Shown here one piece after another: positions 21,677-31,349 of a stretch of 64,000 bases of DNA. The position numbers were made by a program, and so were the translations under genes. The notes beneath the pieces are model-generated. The model saw nothing but the letters and a program-made list of their open reading frames with translations, did no database searches and had not been told where the DNA came from. Origin of the DNA: an uncultured Gammaproteobacteria bacterium. Lineage in GTDB: Bacteria; Pseudomonadota; Gammaproteobacteria; GCA-001735895. How positions within the stretch are numbered: position 1 is the first letter of the stretch; every line of letters starts with the position of its first letter. The stretch is from NCBI GenBank assembly GCA_964651385.1, contig CAZYYM010000001.1:92168-156167 (forward strand), given 5' to 3'.

Positions 21677-23089
21677 ATGGATAAGAACGTTAGTAGTCGT
21701 AATACAATTGAAAAGGCCTTTCGTATTAATCTCGATAAATACAAATACGGCACTATTGCAGAAATCGGGGCCGGTCAGGAAGTTGCCCGGCAGTTTTTCA
21801 AAGCCGGTGGCGCAGCCGGAACCATCGCAAAAACCATTTCCGCCTACGATATGAAATTCTCCGACGCCATTTATGGCATTCAGGAAGATGGCCGCTATGT
21901 GAGCAAGTCACGCGTTGAGGCGATGATCGAAAAAGAGTTCGATCTGGTTATAGATCGGGTTGGTACCTCTCGTTCCAAATCGTCCCGATATTTTTCCTAC
22001 GGCGCAACAGTAGCCGCAAAAAGCTATCACAACGACAACGAATGTCATGCCTGGTGTGGCATTCGAATGCAAATGTACCCGAATGCGGTAGCGTCTGAAA
22101 TCATCGTTCATATTCGCATGCGTGATGAAAATGCCGACCGACAACAAAGTGCGCTCGGAACATTTGGCATTAATTTAATCTACGCGGCCAGCTACTATTA
22201 CGAAGATCCAAAAATTCTAATCGATTCCCTGACAGACAATCTCGAACAAGGTCGCATTGAAATTGATTTCATCAAATTTTCCGGGCCTTATTTTGAAGAA
22301 ATTAATAATCACGCTATTGCCTTGCACCTTATTCGTAGCTGGAAAGCCCGCGCGATTATGTTCAAGCCCGACGGTTCGGTCATCATTCCTGCAGAGATGC
22401 TTTATAAGAAAAACGTACTGACAATACGCGGTACATTCCAACCCATTACCCGCTTAAATGCCGACATGATTGAACAGGGTTTAAAGTATTTCACCAATAT
22501 GGAAGGTATTACCCTGGATAACAGTATTGCCCTGGCTGAAATTTCGCTTAACGATGCACGGGGCAATGATTTAAAAGTATCAGAAGAAGATATGATCGAT
22601 CGAGTCAGCCTACTCAATAAGCTGGGTTATAGCGTCATGATTACCGACTATACGCGATATTTCTCTCTTCGGGCCTATTTCAGACAATTCACTAAATTAC
22701 AAATTGGCATCGTCGTCGGTATCATCAACATCCGGGAAATATTCGACGAAAACAGGTACCGTGGTATCGAGGGCGGTATACTTGAAGGTTTTGGAAAGCT
22801 GTTCCCTGACAATACCCGTTTACTGGTTTATCCGGAAGTCGATCAATCCGGTAAATTCCGTGATTTCACCAATGTTGACCTGCCAGAAAACCTGCAGTAT
22901 TTATACAAGCATCTGCTGGCAAATAATTTTATTTTTGGCATCGAATGCAGCGATAAGGCGTTATTGAATATTTTTTCCCGGGAAGTACTCACACATTTAC
23001 CGAATGGACGTGGTGACTGGGAACAGTGTTTACCTGAAGGTGTGGCCGAGGAGATTATTAGCCAGAAACTATTCGGTTATCGCGACTAA
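21677..23089 (+). CDS. Hypothetical cytoplasmic protein (470 aa, no recognisable domain)
   Basis: Long clean ORF with its own upstream gap. No TM segments. No motif could be assigned by eye. Confidence 0.5.
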   Translation: MDKNVSSRNTIEKAFRINLDKYKYGTIAEIGAGQEVARQFFKAGGAAGTIAKTISAYDMKFSDAIYGIQEDGRYVSKSRVEAMIEKEFDLVIDRVGTSRSKSSRYFSYGATVAAKSYHNDNECHAWCGIRMQMYPNAVASEIIVHIRMRDENADRQQSALGTFGINLIYAASYYYEDPKILIDSLTDNLEQGRIEIDFIKFSGPYFEEINNHAIALHLIRSWKARAIMFKPDGSVIIPAEMLYKKNVLTIRGTFQPITRLNADMIEQGLKYFTNMEGITLDNSIALAEISLNDARGNDLKVSEEDMIDRVSLLNKLGYSVMITDYTRYFSLRAYFRQFTKLQIGIVVGIINIREIFDENRYRGIEGGILEGFGKLFPDNTRLLVYPEVDQSGKFRDFTNVDLPENLQYLYKHLLANNFIFGIECSDKALLNIFSREVLTHLPNGRGDWEQCLPEGVAEEIISQKLFGYRD

Positions 23090-23092
23090 AAG

Positions 23093-23449
23093 TTAAACCG
23101 ACACCTCAGAACATTCAATATACACAGCCAGCACACATCCGTTTATGGTAGTGGTTGAATGCTGCGTGCCTTTTTTCATCAATACCAGATCCCCTACTTT
23201 ATACTCCGTACCATCACTATCGGTTGCATCACCGCTAATCAGTAAAAACTCCTCGAGACCGTTATGTTCATGCGGCACTGTCATCGTACCGGGCTCCATC
23301 TTATACACGTGAAAACCAGTGCCCAAAGGTAAATTTCGATTCAATTGCAGCACACTGCCATCGATTTGGCCGTTGTCATTGACGAAATTTTCGAACTCTG
23401 CCTCATCGATATTGGCGATAATGCGATCGCCCGGTGGTACTGGCTTCAT
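23093..23449 (-). CDS. Cupin-domain protein
   Basis: 118 aa. PHEHNGLEEFLLISG...GDLVLM is a cupin motif pair. Confidence 0.6.
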   Translation of the reverse strand: MKPVPPGDRIIANIDEAEFENFVNDNGQIDGSVLQLNRNLPLGTGFHVYKMEPGTMTVPHEHNGLEEFLLISGDATDSDGTEYKVGDLVLMKKGTQHSTTTINGCVLAVYIECSEVSV

Positions 23450-23529
23450 GGTTTACTCTATACTGACATCACATTAAGATTGCCACAGCCGTTTGCAATT
23501 CGCAATGTGCTAATTAGCGAGTTACGATT

Positions 23530-24201
23530 ATGACCTTATCCATAGCCGCCTGGGACGAGAACAGCGGCCAGCTAGGCGCAGCAATTTCATCCTCCAGCAT
23601 CAGCGTCAGTAGCCGTTGTTTGCACTGGCAGACCGGTGTGGGTATTGCACTGAGTCAGAATATTACCGATCCTCGCCTGGGCCAGCGCATGCTATCGTTG
23701 CTGAGGGACGGCGTGACCGTTGACGATGCCGTTAATGCCACCGTACGGAGCACTCCTTTTTCGGCTTATCGCCAACTTGCATTAATCGATCAGAAGGGTC
23801 AATCTGGACTATTTACCGGAGATGCGGTACTTGGCTGTAAATCTTCGGCACAGGGCAGACACTGTGTCGTAGCAGGTAACTTACTCGATACAGAAAGTGT
23901 ACCCGCTGCAATGGTGGCGAGTTTCGAACAATCAAACGGCTCATTTGGCTTACGCCTGTTAAATGCGCTCAAGGCCGGTGTCGATGCCGGCGGTGAAGCC
24001 GGGCCTTTACATTCTGCAGGATTATTAATCGGTGGTGAATTTTCCTGGCCACTGGCCGAACTGCGAATCGACTGGGACGATGATCCGATCGGTAAAATGT
24101 TTTGCGGATGGGAGGTGTATGAGCCACAAATAAATGATTATGTCATGCGCGCATTCGCACCTGGAGATGCTCCTTCGTATGGCGTACCCGGAGACCCGTA
24201 A
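23530..24201 (+). CDS. DUF1028 family protein (Ntn-hydrolase-like)
   Basis: The N-terminus TLSIAAWDENSGQLGAAISSSSISVSSRC is typical of DUF1028. The stop overlaps the next start (TAATG). Confidence 0.55.
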   Translation: MTLSIAAWDENSGQLGAAISSSSISVSSRCLHWQTGVGIALSQNITDPRLGQRMLSLLRDGVTVDDAVNATVRSTPFSAYRQLALIDQKGQSGLFTGDAVLGCKSSAQGRHCVVAGNLLDTESVPAAMVASFEQSNGSFGLRLLNALKAGVDAGGEAGPLHSAGLLIGGEFSWPLAELRIDWDDDPIGKMFCGWEVYEPQINDYVMRAFAPGDAPSYGVPGDP

Positions 24202-25379
24202 TGACAGCCTTAAATAGCGAGCAATTACTCGGCCGTCTTATCGCCTATGACACAACGAGCACGACCTCAAATCTTGAGTTAATCGACTTTATTCAAAATT
24301 ACCTCGATGGGTTTTCGGTGAATTCACAATTGGTCCATAGCGACGACATGACTCGTGCCAATCTCTACGCTACTATCGGCCCCGACGATGTTGGTGGTGT
24401 CATGCTGTCCGGACATACCGATGTTGTGCCCACCAGCGGGCAGAACTGGAGCAGTGACCCTTACCAGATAAAAATCGACGAAGCTGCTTTTTACGGTCGC
24501 GGCGCCTGTGATATGAAGGGATTTATCGCCTGCGTACTCGCCGCAATACCGCAATTGACGGCGAAGAGACTGTTGACACCGGTACACCTGGCATTTTCAT
24601 ACGATGAAGAAATCGGCTGTGTTGGCGTAAAGAAGCTCATCGATGCGATGCAAGGGTTCGAAGTCAAACCCGTAATCGGATTAATTGGCGAACCCACTGA
24701 TATGACAATGGTAGTCGGCCATAAAGGCAAAGCCGCCTTTCGTGTTGAGGTCAGCGGTGCTTCCTGCCATTCTGCATACATATCAAATGGCGTTAACGCG
24801 GTCGAATACGCTGCCGATCTCATATCATTTATACGTAAAATGAATACCGAGGTTCGGCAGCGACAACTTGTCGATGATACCTATACCGTGCCGCACTCGA
24901 CTTTCCATGTCGGCAATATCAGCGGTGGTACGGCGTTAAATATTGTCCCCAAGCAATGTCACTTCGAATTTGAAATTCGTAACCTGCCGCAGGACCGGCT
25001 CGATAGTTTAATTCACGAAATCAAACACTATGCACAGGATATTCTGCTTGCTGATATGCGACAACGTTTTGAAGACAGCGCTATCAACTTCAGTCCCATT
25101 TCAAATTACCCCGGTTTAATTACGTCGAAAGATTCTTATGTCATTGCCTATACCCAGTCGATTAATCCGGTGAATCAATTTGGCGATAATGTCAGTTTTG
25201 GTACGGAGGCAGGCCTGTTTGATCGGCATCTTGGTATCAACAGTGTGGTGTGCGGCCCCGGCAATATAGATCAGGCGCATAAACCGGATGAATTTGTCAG
25301 TCGAAGGCAAATGCAGCACTGCGACCGAATGCTGGAAAATTTATGCCGCCAATGCACTCGTACTTTTGAGTTTGAGTAA
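24201..25379 (+). CDS. M20-family deacetylase (acetylornithine deacetylase ArgE-like)
   Basis: 392 aa. GHTDVVP and the metal-binding D and E pattern of M20 peptidases, with an ArgE-like N-terminus. Confidence 0.75.
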   Translation: MTALNSEQLLGRLIAYDTTSTTSNLELIDFIQNYLDGFSVNSQLVHSDDMTRANLYATIGPDDVGGVMLSGHTDVVPTSGQNWSSDPYQIKIDEAAFYGRGACDMKGFIACVLAAIPQLTAKRLLTPVHLAFSYDEEIGCVGVKKLIDAMQGFEVKPVIGLIGEPTDMTMVVGHKGKAAFRVEVSGASCHSAYISNGVNAVEYAADLISFIRKMNTEVRQRQLVDDTYTVPHSTFHVGNISGGTALNIVPKQCHFEFEIRNLPQDRLDSLIHEIKHYAQDILLADMRQRFEDSAINFSPISNYPGLITSKDSYVIAYTQSINPVNQFGDNVSFGTEAGLFDRHLGINSVVCGPGNIDQAHKPDEFVSRRQMQHCDRMLENLCRQCTRTFEFE

Positions 25380-25387
25380 CTACCGAT

Positions 25388-25885
25388 ATGCGACCTGATA
25401 TGCCTGAAATTAGCAATCCCATAATTCACGTAGGTTGGCGCGAATGGCTCGCTCTGCCCGAACTTGGACTACCGGCAATTAAAGCCAAGATTGATACCGG
25501 CGCAAAAACTTCGGCACTGCATGCTTTTTATACCGAAGCTTACGAAGAAGACGGTATAAACATGGTCAGATTTGGTATTCACCCGATTCAAGGTAAATTT
25601 GATCTGGAAGTAGTCTGCAACGCCCCTATAAAAGACCTTCGGCAGGTTACTGACTCAGGTGGCCACAAGGAAATGCGTTACGTTATAGAAAGTAATATCA
25701 TAATCGGGCTCTATCAATGGCCCGTTGAACTAACCCTGACCAACCGTGATACTATGCGATTTAGAATGCTGCTCGGACGGCGTGCAATGGAAAATCGAGT
25801 CGTCGTGGAACCCGGGTCGTCTTATCTTAACGGTAAATTGAAACCACTAAGCTTATACCAAAAACAATCGGAGTCGCCTACATGA
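25388..25885 (+). CDS. RimK-associated retropepsin-like protease (RimB-like; putative ATP-dependent zinc protease family)
   Basis: [11 protein letters not shown] motif. It lies immediately upstream of rimK and overlaps it. Confidence 0.7.
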   Translation: MRPDMPEISNPIIHVGWREWLALPELGLPAIKAKIDTGAKTSALHAFYTEAYEEDGINMVRFGIHPIQGKFDLEVVCNAPIKDLRQVTDSGGHKEMRYVIESNIIIGLYQWPVELTLTNRDTMRFRMLLGRRAMENRVVVEPGSSYLNGKLKPLSLYQKQSESPT

Positions 25886-26787
25886 AAATTGCGTTATTGT
25901 CGAGAAATCGAAAGCTCTATTCCTCTCGTCGTATAATTGAAGCTGCAGAGTCTCGGGGACATGAAGTCATGGTTATCGACGTATTACGGGCTTATATGAA
26001 TATCGCTTCGCATAAACCGTCAATCCACTATCGAGGTGAAGTACTCAAAGGCTTTGATGCCGTTATCCCACGTATTGGAGCTTCGGTTACAGCCTACGGC
26101 ACTTCCGTTTTACGACAATTTGAAATGATGGGAGTCTCTCCTTTAAACGAATCGGTTGCTATTAGCCGGTCACGTGACAAGCTACGTTCGCTCCAACTAT
26201 TGTCACGCAAAGGAATTGGCATGCCACTGACAGGCTATGCCAGTAAACCCGACGATATAAAAGACGTTATCAAAATGGTCGGAGGCGCCCCTTTGGTAGT
26301 TAAACTATTGCAGGGCACCCAGGGAATCGGTGTCGTGCTGGCCGAAACTCAAAAGGCCGCGGAAAGTGTCATCGAAGGTTTCATGGGCGTAAAAGCTGAC
26401 ATACTCGTTCAGGAATTTATCAAAGAAGCCGGTGGCTCGGACATTCGTTGTTTTATTATCGACGGCAAGGTTGTCGCCGCCATGAAACGACAGGCGCCCA
26501 AAGGCGAATTTCGTTCTAATCTGCATCGTGGCGGCACATCCAGTTTGATTAAAATTACGCCCGAAGAACGCTCTACGGCTGTGCGCGCGGCGCGCATCAT
26601 GGGCCTCAACGTTGCCGGCGTCGACCTGTTGCGCTCAAACCATGGCCCGGTTGTTATGGAGGTCAACTCCAGCCCGGGGCTCGAGGGCATCGAAGGCGCA
26701 ACCGGGAAGGATGTTGCCGGTATGATAGTTAATTATATTGAAAAAAGTTGCAAGCCCGGAAAGACCAAGACTCGCGGAAAAGGCTAG
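25882..26787 (+). CDS. rimK: Ribosomal protein S6--L-glutamate ligase (ATP-grasp)
   Basis: 301 aa, colinear with RimK. Confidence 0.9.
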   Translation: MKIALLSRNRKLYSSRRIIEAAESRGHEVMVIDVLRAYMNIASHKPSIHYRGEVLKGFDAVIPRIGASVTAYGTSVLRQFEMMGVSPLNESVAISRSRDKLRSLQLLSRKGIGMPLTGYASKPDDIKDVIKMVGGAPLVVKLLQGTQGIGVVLAETQKAAESVIEGFMGVKADILVQEFIKEAGGSDIRCFIIDGKVVAAMKRQAPKGEFRSNLHRGGTSSLIKITPEERSTAVRAARIMGLNVAGVDLLRSNHGPVVMEVNSSPGLEGIEGATGKDVAGMIVNYIEKSCKPGKTKTRGKG

Positions 26788-26866
26788 TCTGCGTGCGAGC
26801 TACGCCTTGCCATGGCCGATTTGGAGTGCTCTGAATCCTAACGTAATTCTTTGAAGGAGTACTAGT

Positions 26867-27913
26867 TTGCAGTCTGCTATAGAGATTGCCGGCATCAATA
26901 TCAAACCAGGTAGCCGGCGGTCAATCGATATCCCCCTACCCAGCTTTTATACGCATAGTGCAGCCAGCATGCCGGTGCATGTCGTGCACGGACGCAATCC
27001 CGGGGCCTGTTTGCTGGTTTGCGCCGCAATTCACGGAGACGAAATCAATGGCGTCGAAATTATACGTCGTATTCTCACACATAAACTGATCGACAAAATC
27101 AAAGGCACATTAATCGCGATTCCGGTCGTTAATGTTTTTGGATTTGTATCAAAATCGCGTTACCTGCCCGACCGGCGTGATTTGAATCGGGCCTTTCCGG
27201 GATCGGAAACCGGCTCGATGGCTGCACGCCTGGCGAATACTCTAATGACGGAAGTGATCCCGCATTGTACGCATGCTATCGATTTACATACCGGTGCGGT
27301 ATACCGCGAAAACCTGCCGCAAATTCGAGCCAAATTAAATGATGATCCAGTCACCGAGGCAATGGCTCGAGCTTTTGGCGTACCGGTTATTTTAAACGCC
27401 AACCTGGTAGACAATTCATTTCGTGCCGCTGCCAGCGAAAACAACATGCCTGTAATACTATATGAAGCCGGCGAGGCTCTGCGTTTTGAAGAAGTTGCCA
27501 TCCGTGCCGGGGTCAAGGGCGTACTTGGGGTGATGTCACATCTTGGTATGCGAAGAAAAAGCTTAAAACACAAAGAAACCAAAACACTTATTGCAAATGC
27601 CAGCCAATGGATACGCGCAGGTCAAAGCGGTATTCTGCGCTCATTAGTTGCCTCGGGTTCGAAGGTAGAAAACGGCGAAATCCTCGCCTATATTAATGAC
27701 CCGCTCGGCAAAAACAGTGAAACAATACTAAGCCCGATATCAGGTATCGTCATTGGCAAAACAAATCTACCGCTGGTCTTTGAAGGTGAAGCCATATTCC
27801 ACATCGCCAGTTACGAAGAGACAGATCATGTTTCGGACCATATTGAAGCCTATCATGAGGAACTCGATCCGTTGGGGGATAGGCATGAGAGCGATGAGCC
27901 GCCGTTGGTTTGA
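26867..27913 (+). CDS. Succinylglutamate desuccinylase/aspartoacylase (AstE/AspA) family protein, RimK-associated
   Basis: HGDEINGVE zinc-binding motif and a C-terminal hybrid/biotinyl-like tail. Probable TTG start. Confidence 0.7.
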   Translation: MQSAIEIAGINIKPGSRRSIDIPLPSFYTHSAASMPVHVVHGRNPGACLLVCAAIHGDEINGVEIIRRILTHKLIDKIKGTLIAIPVVNVFGFVSKSRYLPDRRDLNRAFPGSETGSMAARLANTLMTEVIPHCTHAIDLHTGAVYRENLPQIRAKLNDDPVTEAMARAFGVPVILNANLVDNSFRAAASENNMPVILYEAGEALRFEEVAIRAGVKGVLGVMSHLGMRRKSLKHKETKTLIANASQWIRAGQSGILRSLVASGSKVENGEILAYINDPLGKNSETILSPISGIVIGKTNLPLVFEGEAIFHIASYEETDHVSDHIEAYHEELDPLGDRHESDEPPLV

Positions 27914-27932
27914 TGGATTGGGGCGTTAAATT

Positions 27933-28337
27933 TTAAACTCCAGTAAGTAATTCAAACGCGGCTTGTTTGGCCGCTTTCTTATCAAAAGTTACCGTTTGCT
28001 CGCAGCCGCTAGATTCGTTTACTCTGGCTAAAAGATGGTCGGGAAAATCCACGTTCGAATTTCGATAATCGCTCAGTGCCCGCCAGATAATCTCTGAATT
28101 CATCACCTCCAATTGTCCTACCTGTAATAGATGTTCAATAATCGAGGCAATTTCCATCCTGCTTTGTTGATAATTGCTTTCCAGCACCCACGCCAATTCA
28201 CACAGGACAATTTGACCAATAAAGCAGGGGCTTTCTTCGGTGCAACAGGTTTCTATAAATTCGGAGGCCTGTGCTGCCTGTTTGACGTCATCCTGAACTA
28301 GATAGCGTACCAGTACATTTGTATCCAGTCCCTTCAA
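27933..28337 (-). CDS. vapC: PIN-domain toxin VapC
   Basis: 134 aa. LDTNVL N-terminus. Overlaps the upstream antitoxin gene. Confidence 0.8.
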   Translation of the reverse strand: MKGLDTNVLVRYLVQDDVKQAAQASEFIETCCTEESPCFIGQIVLCELAWVLESNYQQSRMEIASIIEHLLQVGQLEVMNSEIIWRALSDYRNSNVDFPDHLLARVNESSGCEQTVTFDKKAAKQAAFELLTGV

Positions 28338-28573
28338 AGCTGACCTCTCTTTGTCTTGATTGCGGTTTTCATATCCTCAATGGATACGGCTTTTGGGGGT
28401 TTTTTGACTATACCTTTTAGCGTGGTCACATGCCTGGTAACAGGTACTATGCAAACCGCACCCTTATTATCAACAATAAAATTTATTTTGTCCCCACTAT
28501 GCAGGTCGAGCAAGGACCGAATATCCCTGGGTATGGTAATTTGACCTTTACTGGTAATGGTTGCGGCTGGCAT
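28334..28573 (-). CDS. vapB: AbrB/MazE-fold antitoxin VapB
   Basis: 79 aa. The KGQITIPRDIR swapped-hairpin motif. Confidence 0.75.
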   Translation of the reverse strand: MPAATITSKGQITIPRDIRSLLDLHSGDKINFIVDNKGAVCIVPVTRHVTTLKGIVKKPPKAVSIEDMKTAIKTKRGQL

Positions 28574-28609
28574 AAGACATCTCTTTTATAAATTACTTTA
28601 CAGTATAAT

Positions 28610-28627
28610 CCTTACTTTATGGTAAGG
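28610..28627. promoter_or_regulatory. Inverted repeat CCTTAC-N6-GTAAGG upstream of vapB (candidate antitoxin operator)
   Basis: Perfect 6-N6-6 palindrome about 40 bp upstream of the vapB start codon. Confidence 0.3.
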
Positions 28628-28775
28628 CAATTTAGTTAGGTGTGGATTCTATAAACTGTTCGGTAACTCCCACACGGTGCCAACTGCTGCATCGTCGCTC
28701 CTCCAGAACTCGGGGCCGTTTAAACCGTCATTGGCACCGAAGCCGATATAGGCGACATCCGCTATCAATTTCTGG

Positions 28776-29030
28776 TTGAGATTGACTGTGGGGGCAACTG
28801 ACCGGAGTGGGCTGCCACGTGAAAGTGAAGAAATCCATCAGATTGCCGAGCTACTCAGTAGCTCAGGCCACAACACATTGTTTATAGTAAATAATAGACC
28901 TGTCCCTATGAGCTTATGGTGGCTAACGCAGGACCCTGCGTTTAAATCCCTGTCCGAACATCCAGGCTTTAAAGCACTGGTTAATGAATTACGATCCCGG
29001 TCAATTGCTTCAGATCAAGCGAAGTTGTAA
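28776..29030 (+). pseudogene. Probable C-terminal remnant of a TPR-containing regulator/cyclase gene
   Basis: 84-aa ORF ending ...LWWLTQDPAFKSLSEHPGFKALVNELRS, which resembles conserved C-terminal ends of TPR-domain regulators. There is no plausible N-terminus or RBS. Confidence 0.25.
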
Positions 29031-29070
29031 CCACCCGTTGAATTTATTTAGCCCGGCCTTTTCCCACAAC

Positions 29071-29265
29071 TTAACGCTGGTTCTCCAGCAACTCTTTCTC
29101 ATAGATTTTTATATTGTCTGACAGCTGACGTGCCTTTTGTTCCAGCGCTCGATCGACGCCACCACAACGTTCAAGCCCGTCGTTAACACGCCGCAATTCA
29201 TGGCGGAGGCTTTCTAATTCTCCAGCTAACGCGAGTTCTGCCGAGCGCAGTTCTGCCAGTTTCAT
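29071..29265 (-). CDS. Small coiled-coil protein (hypothetical)
   Basis: 64 aa, Leu/Glu/Arg heptad-rich. Confidence 0.4.
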   Translation of the reverse strand: MKLAELRSAELALAGELESLRHELRRVNDGLERCGGVDRALEQKARQLSDNIKIYEKELLENQR

Positions 29266-29314
29266 CCATCACCTTTATAATTTAGTTCACGAATTGGCCC
29301 ATATATCCCATAAT

Positions 29315-31267
29315 TTATTCCAGGGTAGCGGAAAACATCACTTGTGTTTTACTTAAAATTTTCGCAAAAGGAATGTGCTCAACGCTGCCAAATAGCGGAT
29401 GTTGGGTAAGTTTGTTTTGGCTTAGCCGGGGTGATGTGATGCCGCATAGAAAACGCGTGAGTATGTAGGCGTTGGCTAAAATCGTTGTACGTTCCGAGGT
29501 CAGTTTTTCTACCTGCCGCCAATAGCTATTTTCAACATCTTCCACTGGTCGAGTCGCCCAGTGTGGCGAAAGTTTGCTGTTATTCTGATTACAACCGCTA
29601 CAGTGCCCACAGTCCTGTAAGCGTTGTTCGCCGAAATGGGCGGCGAGTGCATTGGTCTGGCAGCCACCAAGTGCGACCAGCTCAAGTACCTGTTGCAGAC
29701 GTTTTATTTCTGCCTGTTCACGTTTCTGAAAACGCTGATGTAATTCGGCTGCCAGGGATACGATGGATTGCGGGTGCCGCAGGATGCGATAGGACTGACG
29801 CACGCCGGCGACTTTTAGTTCCAGTAATTGCTGTTGCGCCAGCCAGTCGAGGGCGGCGAGAATCCGTTCGCGGCTGGCGCCAAGGTCTGTGGCAGCTTGC
29901 GCAGGGTCGAGTTTGAACCAGGTTCTCCCCTTCACCGCCCGTCGAAATAATGCGCCAAGAAATTCCTTTCTCTCTCCTTCGAAACGATCAAGAATTTGAC
30001 TGGAACTTTGCAGTGGTTTGAAACTGTAGTCGGTATAGAAGGGTGTGCCACCCAGCAAATAACCATCTAGTTCAAGATAAGTGAGCAAGGTGCGTAACAC
30101 CAGAGTTCGAATATCATGCTCAAAGGAAAGGGCGTAAAGGCTTACTTCCAGGTTATGTCCAACCGGATACTGCGCGAAAAGCCCTTCGATCAATTGTAAA
30201 ATTGACGACTCATCAGGGGTGTCACCATAGATGAAATTTTCCAGAACATTAAGGTCATCGACGCAAGCGAGCATATGGCAAATGGAGGTTTTTCCGTCGC
30301 GTCCCGCACGGCCAATCTCCTGTGAATAATTTTCCAGGCTTTTGGGCAGGTTGTAGTGGTAAACGGCTCGAATGTTAGCCTTATCGACACCCATACCAAA
30401 GGCAATAGTCGCTACTACAATGGCGTGTTCAGAGGACATAAACCATTCCTGAACTTCATTGCGCAACTCCGTTTTTAGCCCGGCATGATAGGCCCGGGCG
30501 GGTAAACCGGCATCTGCTAACTGACTCGCTACCTGCTCGGCGGTTTTTTGCTGGGTGACATAAACAATGACGGTAGCGGGTGGTTGTGTCTGGATCTGTT
30601 TGAGTAAAATTTGATCGCGTGTTTCCGTATTCACCACCTGGGTGACGATGTTGAGATTGGCTCGGTAAAAGCCGGTACGCACCGCGCAGTCTGCCGAAAT
30701 ATCGAACTGACGGCAGATATCATCCAGCACCGGTGGGGTTGCGGTAGCCGTCAACGCAAGAATACGTTCAGCTTTGAATTCTCGCGCAAAGCCCGCCAGT
30801 TTGAGGTAATCGGGGCGAAAGTTATGCCCCCATTCTGAAATGCAATGGGCTTCATCCACCGCAAATAATGAAATATCGATAGGTTTCAGGCTTTCGCGGA
30901 AACGTTCATTATTGAAGCGCTCGGGAGCCACATACAGTAGACGCAGCGAACCATTTTTAAGCTGGCCCATCACGTCGCGGTATTCATCGGCGCTGAGGCT
31001 GGAATCGAGTCGTCGGGCGTTAATGCCACGCAAAGCAAGGGCGTCGATCTGATCTTTCATCAGCGCAATCAATGGCGACACTACCAGTGTTACACCGGGT
31101 AATAACAGGGCAGAGAGCTGGTAACACAGAGATTTGCCACCTCCGGTGGGGAATACCGCAGCGCTAGAATTGCCTTGCAACAGGTGCCGAATGACCTGTT
31201 CCTGTCCGGGGTGGAATTCGCCGTATCCGAAATATTGTCGCAGCTGCTGACGTAAGCTATCCGTCAA
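29315..31267 (-). CDS. RecQ-family ATP-dependent DNA helicase (non-canonical paralog without HRDC)
   Basis: 650 aa. FPTGGGKSLCYQ, DEAHCISEWGHNFRPDY and a CGHCSGC zinc motif. Confidence 0.85.
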   Translation of the reverse strand: MTDSLRQQLRQYFGYGEFHPGQEQVIRHLLQGNSSAAVFPTGGGKSLCYQLSALLLPGVTLVVSPLIALMKDQIDALALRGINARRLDSSLSADEYRDVMGQLKNGSLRLLYVAPERFNNERFRESLKPIDISLFAVDEAHCISEWGHNFRPDYLKLAGFAREFKAERILALTATATPPVLDDICRQFDISADCAVRTGFYRANLNIVTQVVNTETRDQILLKQIQTQPPATVIVYVTQQKTAEQVASQLADAGLPARAYHAGLKTELRNEVQEWFMSSEHAIVVATIAFGMGVDKANIRAVYHYNLPKSLENYSQEIGRAGRDGKTSICHMLACVDDLNVLENFIYGDTPDESSILQLIEGLFAQYPVGHNLEVSLYALSFEHDIRTLVLRTLLTYLELDGYLLGGTPFYTDYSFKPLQSSSQILDRFEGERKEFLGALFRRAVKGRTWFKLDPAQAATDLGASRERILAALDWLAQQQLLELKVAGVRQSYRILRHPQSIVSLAAELHQRFQKREQAEIKRLQQVLELVALGGCQTNALAAHFGEQRLQDCGHCSGCNQNNSKLSPHWATRPVEDVENSYWRQVEKLTSERTTILANAYILTRFLCGITSPRLSQNKLTQHPLFGSVEHIPFAKILSKTQVMFSATLE

Positions 31268-31349
31268 GTTTGACTCCTTTCATTTTGCCAGTCTGGAAGT
31301 ATAATTCCGTTGAAAAATTTAATCATATTATTACGGAACATACCCTCAA

